A stretch of 64,000 nucleotides of DNA, taken from positions 1,794,551 to 1,858,550 of the forward strand of contig RHPI01001037.1 in assembly GCA_009103225.1 (NCBI GenBank), in the 5' to 3' direction. The notes under the pieces were generated by a model. The model saw only the letters and a list, made by a program, of their open reading frames with translations, was not told the origin of the DNA and ran no database searches. The translations under genes were made by a program, and so were the position numbers. This stretch comes from Chlorokybus atmophyticus (lineage: Eukaryota > Plantae > Mesostigma and Chlorokybus algae). Shown piece after piece: positions 60,131 through 64,000 of the stretch (its first letter is position 1; each line of letters begins with the position of its first letter).

Positions 60131-61459
60131 CTATCGGTTTTTGAACTTGGGAGGCCGCTTCTCAACAAAAGCAGCCATGCCCTCCTTCTGATCTTCAAGA
60201 GCAAAGCACGCATGGAACAAGCGACGTTCGAAGCGCACGCCCTCGCGGAGGTTCATCTGGTCCGCTGCATTGATACTCTCTTTGGCCATCGCCACGGACG
60301 GGCCTGAGAAGGAGGCAATCTTCAAGCCAATGTCAAGCGCGGTGGCGAGGAGCTTATCGGCGGGGACGACACGTGAGACAAGGCCGAGCCTCAACGCATC
60401 AGATGCGGAGAGTCTCTCACCCGTGAGGATGATGTCCATGGCATTGACCCTAACAGCAACAAGACCCCACCTCAACAACTCCATGCATCAGCACTGCAAA
60501 CAAGCCACAAAACCAACATGTTTGACATAACCATACCTCCCGACAAGGCGTGTGAGCCTGTGCGTTGCGCCCATGCCGGGGATGACACCGAGTGCGAGCT
60601 CGGGTTGGCCAAAGACGGCGTTATCGCCCGCAACGGCAATGTCGCACATCATTGCGAGCTCGCACCCCCCGCCTAGAGCGTATCCGCCCACCGCGGCGAT
60701 GACGGGCTTGCGTACCGCCTTCACGCCCTCCCAACCAGCGAAGAAGTCCGACGCATGCATGCTCGGGAAGGTCTCGCCCTGCATCTCTTTGATGTCCGCC
60801 CCCGCAGCGAAAGCACGCTCGCTACCCGTCAACACCATCGCGCCCACGTCTTTGTCATGGTCAAAGTGCCTGCCTCACATGCACACATGCACGGCACATC
60901 ATTAGAAGGAAAGGTCGTGCGTACCGTCAACAACAATGCTATATCGTGGTACGTGCAAGGGCACAAGACACTTGCACAACCATGAAGTGTTAAGTACACC
61001 ATGTCGAGCGTCTGTAAGTACTGCTGCTGTCAACTCGCTGCCTTGCCTACATTTGGTAGGGTGGGTCTACACCCAAGTTGTGTGTGACCGACTGACCACA
61101 CCAACGTGGTGTGGTTGTGCATGATGCTAATGATCAACTTACAGTCATCGGCATTCTACACATGCATACTTGAGGGCGGCGACGATCTCATGCATGGTGG
61201 TGGTGTTGAGCGCGTTGAGCGCTTTGGGCCTGTTGATCCTGACCAGGCCAACGGCGGAGCCTGGCTTCTCCGCCTCCTCCTTGTCCTCTGGCCTGACGAT
61301 CTCCGTAAGGACGTTGGCGTACTGCTGCTGGACGGCAGCGCTCGAGGACAACGCCCGCTGCCATCCCGCCGCCGCCGCACCGGGCGGCGGCAAACGCCCC
61401 GTCAGGCGCCACGTGGGCTTCATCGGGAATGGGGCAAATGCCGCAACCGCAATGAACAT
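60131..61459 (-). CDS. ECHS1: Short-chain enoyl-CoA hydratase (crotonase, ECHS1-type), probable mitochondrial presequence
   Basis: [11 protein letters not shown]; [11 protein letters not shown]; [16 protein letters not shown]; [20 protein letters not shown]; [18 protein letters not shown]; Arg/Ala-rich N-terminus. Confidence 0.92.
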
Positions 61460-64000
61460 TCAAGCCATGTCATAAGCCCATTGCATTGGTCAGATTTGGT
61501 GGACCGTGATGCTATTTTTGGATCACCACGTTGAAAAGAAACCTTCACTGCACCATAGGTTTGTTCTGGTCTGTGTATTGAGAGTTGCCAACTCATACAC
61601 ACAACGATGGATGGCTTTATTGAGATCATTCATTATCCGTTTTACGTGGTCTAGATTCTATCACCATCTCTTACGTTTTCAAATGCGTACTCTCGGGGTA
61701 TGATATTGCTTATTGATGTAGCAAATGCCCTTGAACTATGCAATTGCCTGGTATTCGTATGTGTGATTACAATGTCACAATATTCACAACAACCTCAGAT
61801 ACAATAACGGTACCATGGTTTGTCCTGTAAAATATAAAAAAATGCTTAAAGAATTGTAAATAAGTTATCACAAAGCTATCATTTGATCTGTTGACACATT
61901 GTACATACGTGCATCCACTTAACAATGACCGCAAATTTGACCTTAGTCCTTTTGAACTGGCCCTAACAATACTTCGACAGGCATAAAAGACATGAACATA
62001 ATAAATGTTATACTTATGAAAACCGTATCCTTTAAGATGTACGTCACCACAACTGCAAATAGAATGAAGGCGGCTAGCATCGAAACGTTTGACAGATCTT
62101 ATTTTTGCATAATGCATAATCACAATTGTAATACATATAAACATCTTAAGTTATTGACAATTGTGCTGTTCATTATCTTGTCTAAACTGATATTGCTGAT
62201 ACTTCTAGCTCAACCCTACCATAAAATACTGTAAAACAACACACAAATTTGAAAAAAATGAAGTTGATGAACTCGTATTCAACGGATAATGATTGGAGGC
62301 CATTTACAAGCCGTACGTCTGCACGAGAAAATCCATGTCAAGATTTATTGATTTGCAATGAAGCACCCTTGTAGACTCTGAATCAGGCTAAGATTGCAGT
62401 GCTTATTTACTCGCCGGGGCTTGGCATGATCAGTGAGTGATTATAATATAAACTTGCACAAGCAGTGATACATGCCAACAAATGGACACAATATACACTT
62501 GCACTCGAATTTTAATGTATGGGATGTTGCTCGTGCGGCAACGCTATAGCACATTGCGCGGTCGCATGCTTAATAACCATAAGCATTCAGCGGTTTTTCA
62601 CGCCTCATTCATGTGCTAGTCAGCTGAATTCGTTATTTGATGCAAATGCACATTATAAATAATGCTTTCTCACGAAGGTGTGTGTGACAGTGCTCGTGCC
62701 TTGTCACCTGTGAGTTGATCCAATCTACAACCCTCTCACCAAGACATGGTATTCACACCGGATCCTTGCCCCCTCTGCCAAGCACACGAGCGCGCCCCGC
62801 GACTCGCATACGCACGCGTATGCGCCCGAAGCTACACACCGACTTGTGTAGCGCCTTGGATCGTCACACAAGCAAGCACACACTAGTGGACACACGCTAG
62901 CAACCCCTGCTAACCACCACCAGGCTTGCACACAGGAAACTAGGGAGCTGAAGGTTATTTGCACATAGTGAAATGTCTCTTTTATACCTACCGATCTGCA
63001 CATGCTACTATCTAGACGATTCTAGCGCTAGACGGAACTAGAAGCTAAGATATTCTTGCAGAATCTTGTAGTACACTTCTGAACCTTTCCTACGCACCAA
63101 AGATCTCCGCATTTGGTGCCCATATGATTATGTTATACTGTTTGGCGCCAGGCCCTTCCAGAAATCTGATCGAGCCCTTCTCGACTGGCCCTCCGTTTTT
63201 TGGCACCTTCCGGACTCGTTCTAGGCCCTCGCCGATATCCTCCATAAGTCATGAAAACGTGGTGCTCGATGAATTGGCCAAAAAAGGTCCTAAAATTATG
63301 AAACTTGGCCTCAATTGTTTCCGTGTGATTGTTGGCGGTCGATTTTATCCTAGCGCATTACGTAAACTGTGCCATCCAGCCTAATATTGAACACATTGAT
63401 GGGCCGCCCATGTCACGGCTTATCTGTATCATTTTTGCTTGCCCGCAGTACTTCCGTTAGAACGTCGCAAAATGTATTAAAAAGCAAGAATCAGCTAGAA
63501 TCCATCTATCATAGCACTTAAAGAAATGGCCACAAGTAGTTATCTTGTGCCATCTTCATCACATTTGCAAATGTGAAGTACATATTTAGCCCCTTGTTAA
63601 GGTCGGGGCTACCGGTTTTGAAGCCACCTCATTTAAAAGCTTTTGCACAATTTCAAGGAGCGCAACTACGCTCAGGGCCATTGCCCACCATGATAAGGTT
63701 AAACTTTGTATTACCCTTAGGAGGCTCAGATGACCGTCGTTAACCTCATCGTTCGAGTGATACATGTGGCAGTGCATCAATCGCGTCCATATGAATGGTC
63801 ATATGTATCGCCCCGTCAGCTGGGTTGCCCATAACACATCTGTATGCATATGCACACATATACACTGTCTACGTGTGGCATATAGCACATACATTGCCAT
63901 GTCACGCATGAACCCCAACTGCACAAATCTCGCACAGTTTCAAGGCATATGCCACCAACCGCTTAAAATGTTACGGGGGATGGCGTATGCCAGGACATAA

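Overview
Eukaryotic nuclear DNA: intron-rich, GT-AG introns, about 50% GC, four N-gaps. The plant-like VPS28 and secreted bicupin suggest a streptophyte alga (inference). About 1-43 kb is a nest of decayed mobile DNA around one intact secreted bicupin gene; about 44-62 kb holds host genes (orphan membrane protein, cytochrome b561, VPS28, a MINDY deubiquitinase with a CaaX box, an ECHS1-type enoyl-CoA hydratase). Main points: (1) two Ty3/gypsy copies whose integrase ends in a canonical C4HC3 PHD finger where chromoviruses carry a chromodomain; (2) these and a Gag-protease-only relative have short (~203-211 bp) LTRs with the G-run 33-36 nt away from the 3' LTR, and the one readable 5' LTR has no TGG primer-binding site; (3) a PIF1-family helicase remnant not shown in the ORF track, near Helitron-like CTAG ends, 5-bp-periodic arrays, an inverted-repeat-bounded RING gene and duplicated coiled-coil genes; (4) related solo LTRs, one with a 5-bp TSD and one with a 26-27 bp duplication; (5) all five Trp-to-stop changes read in the gypsy copies are TAG, hinting at CpA-biased C-to-T mutation. 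All calls are by eye; no searches were run and many boundaries are approximate.
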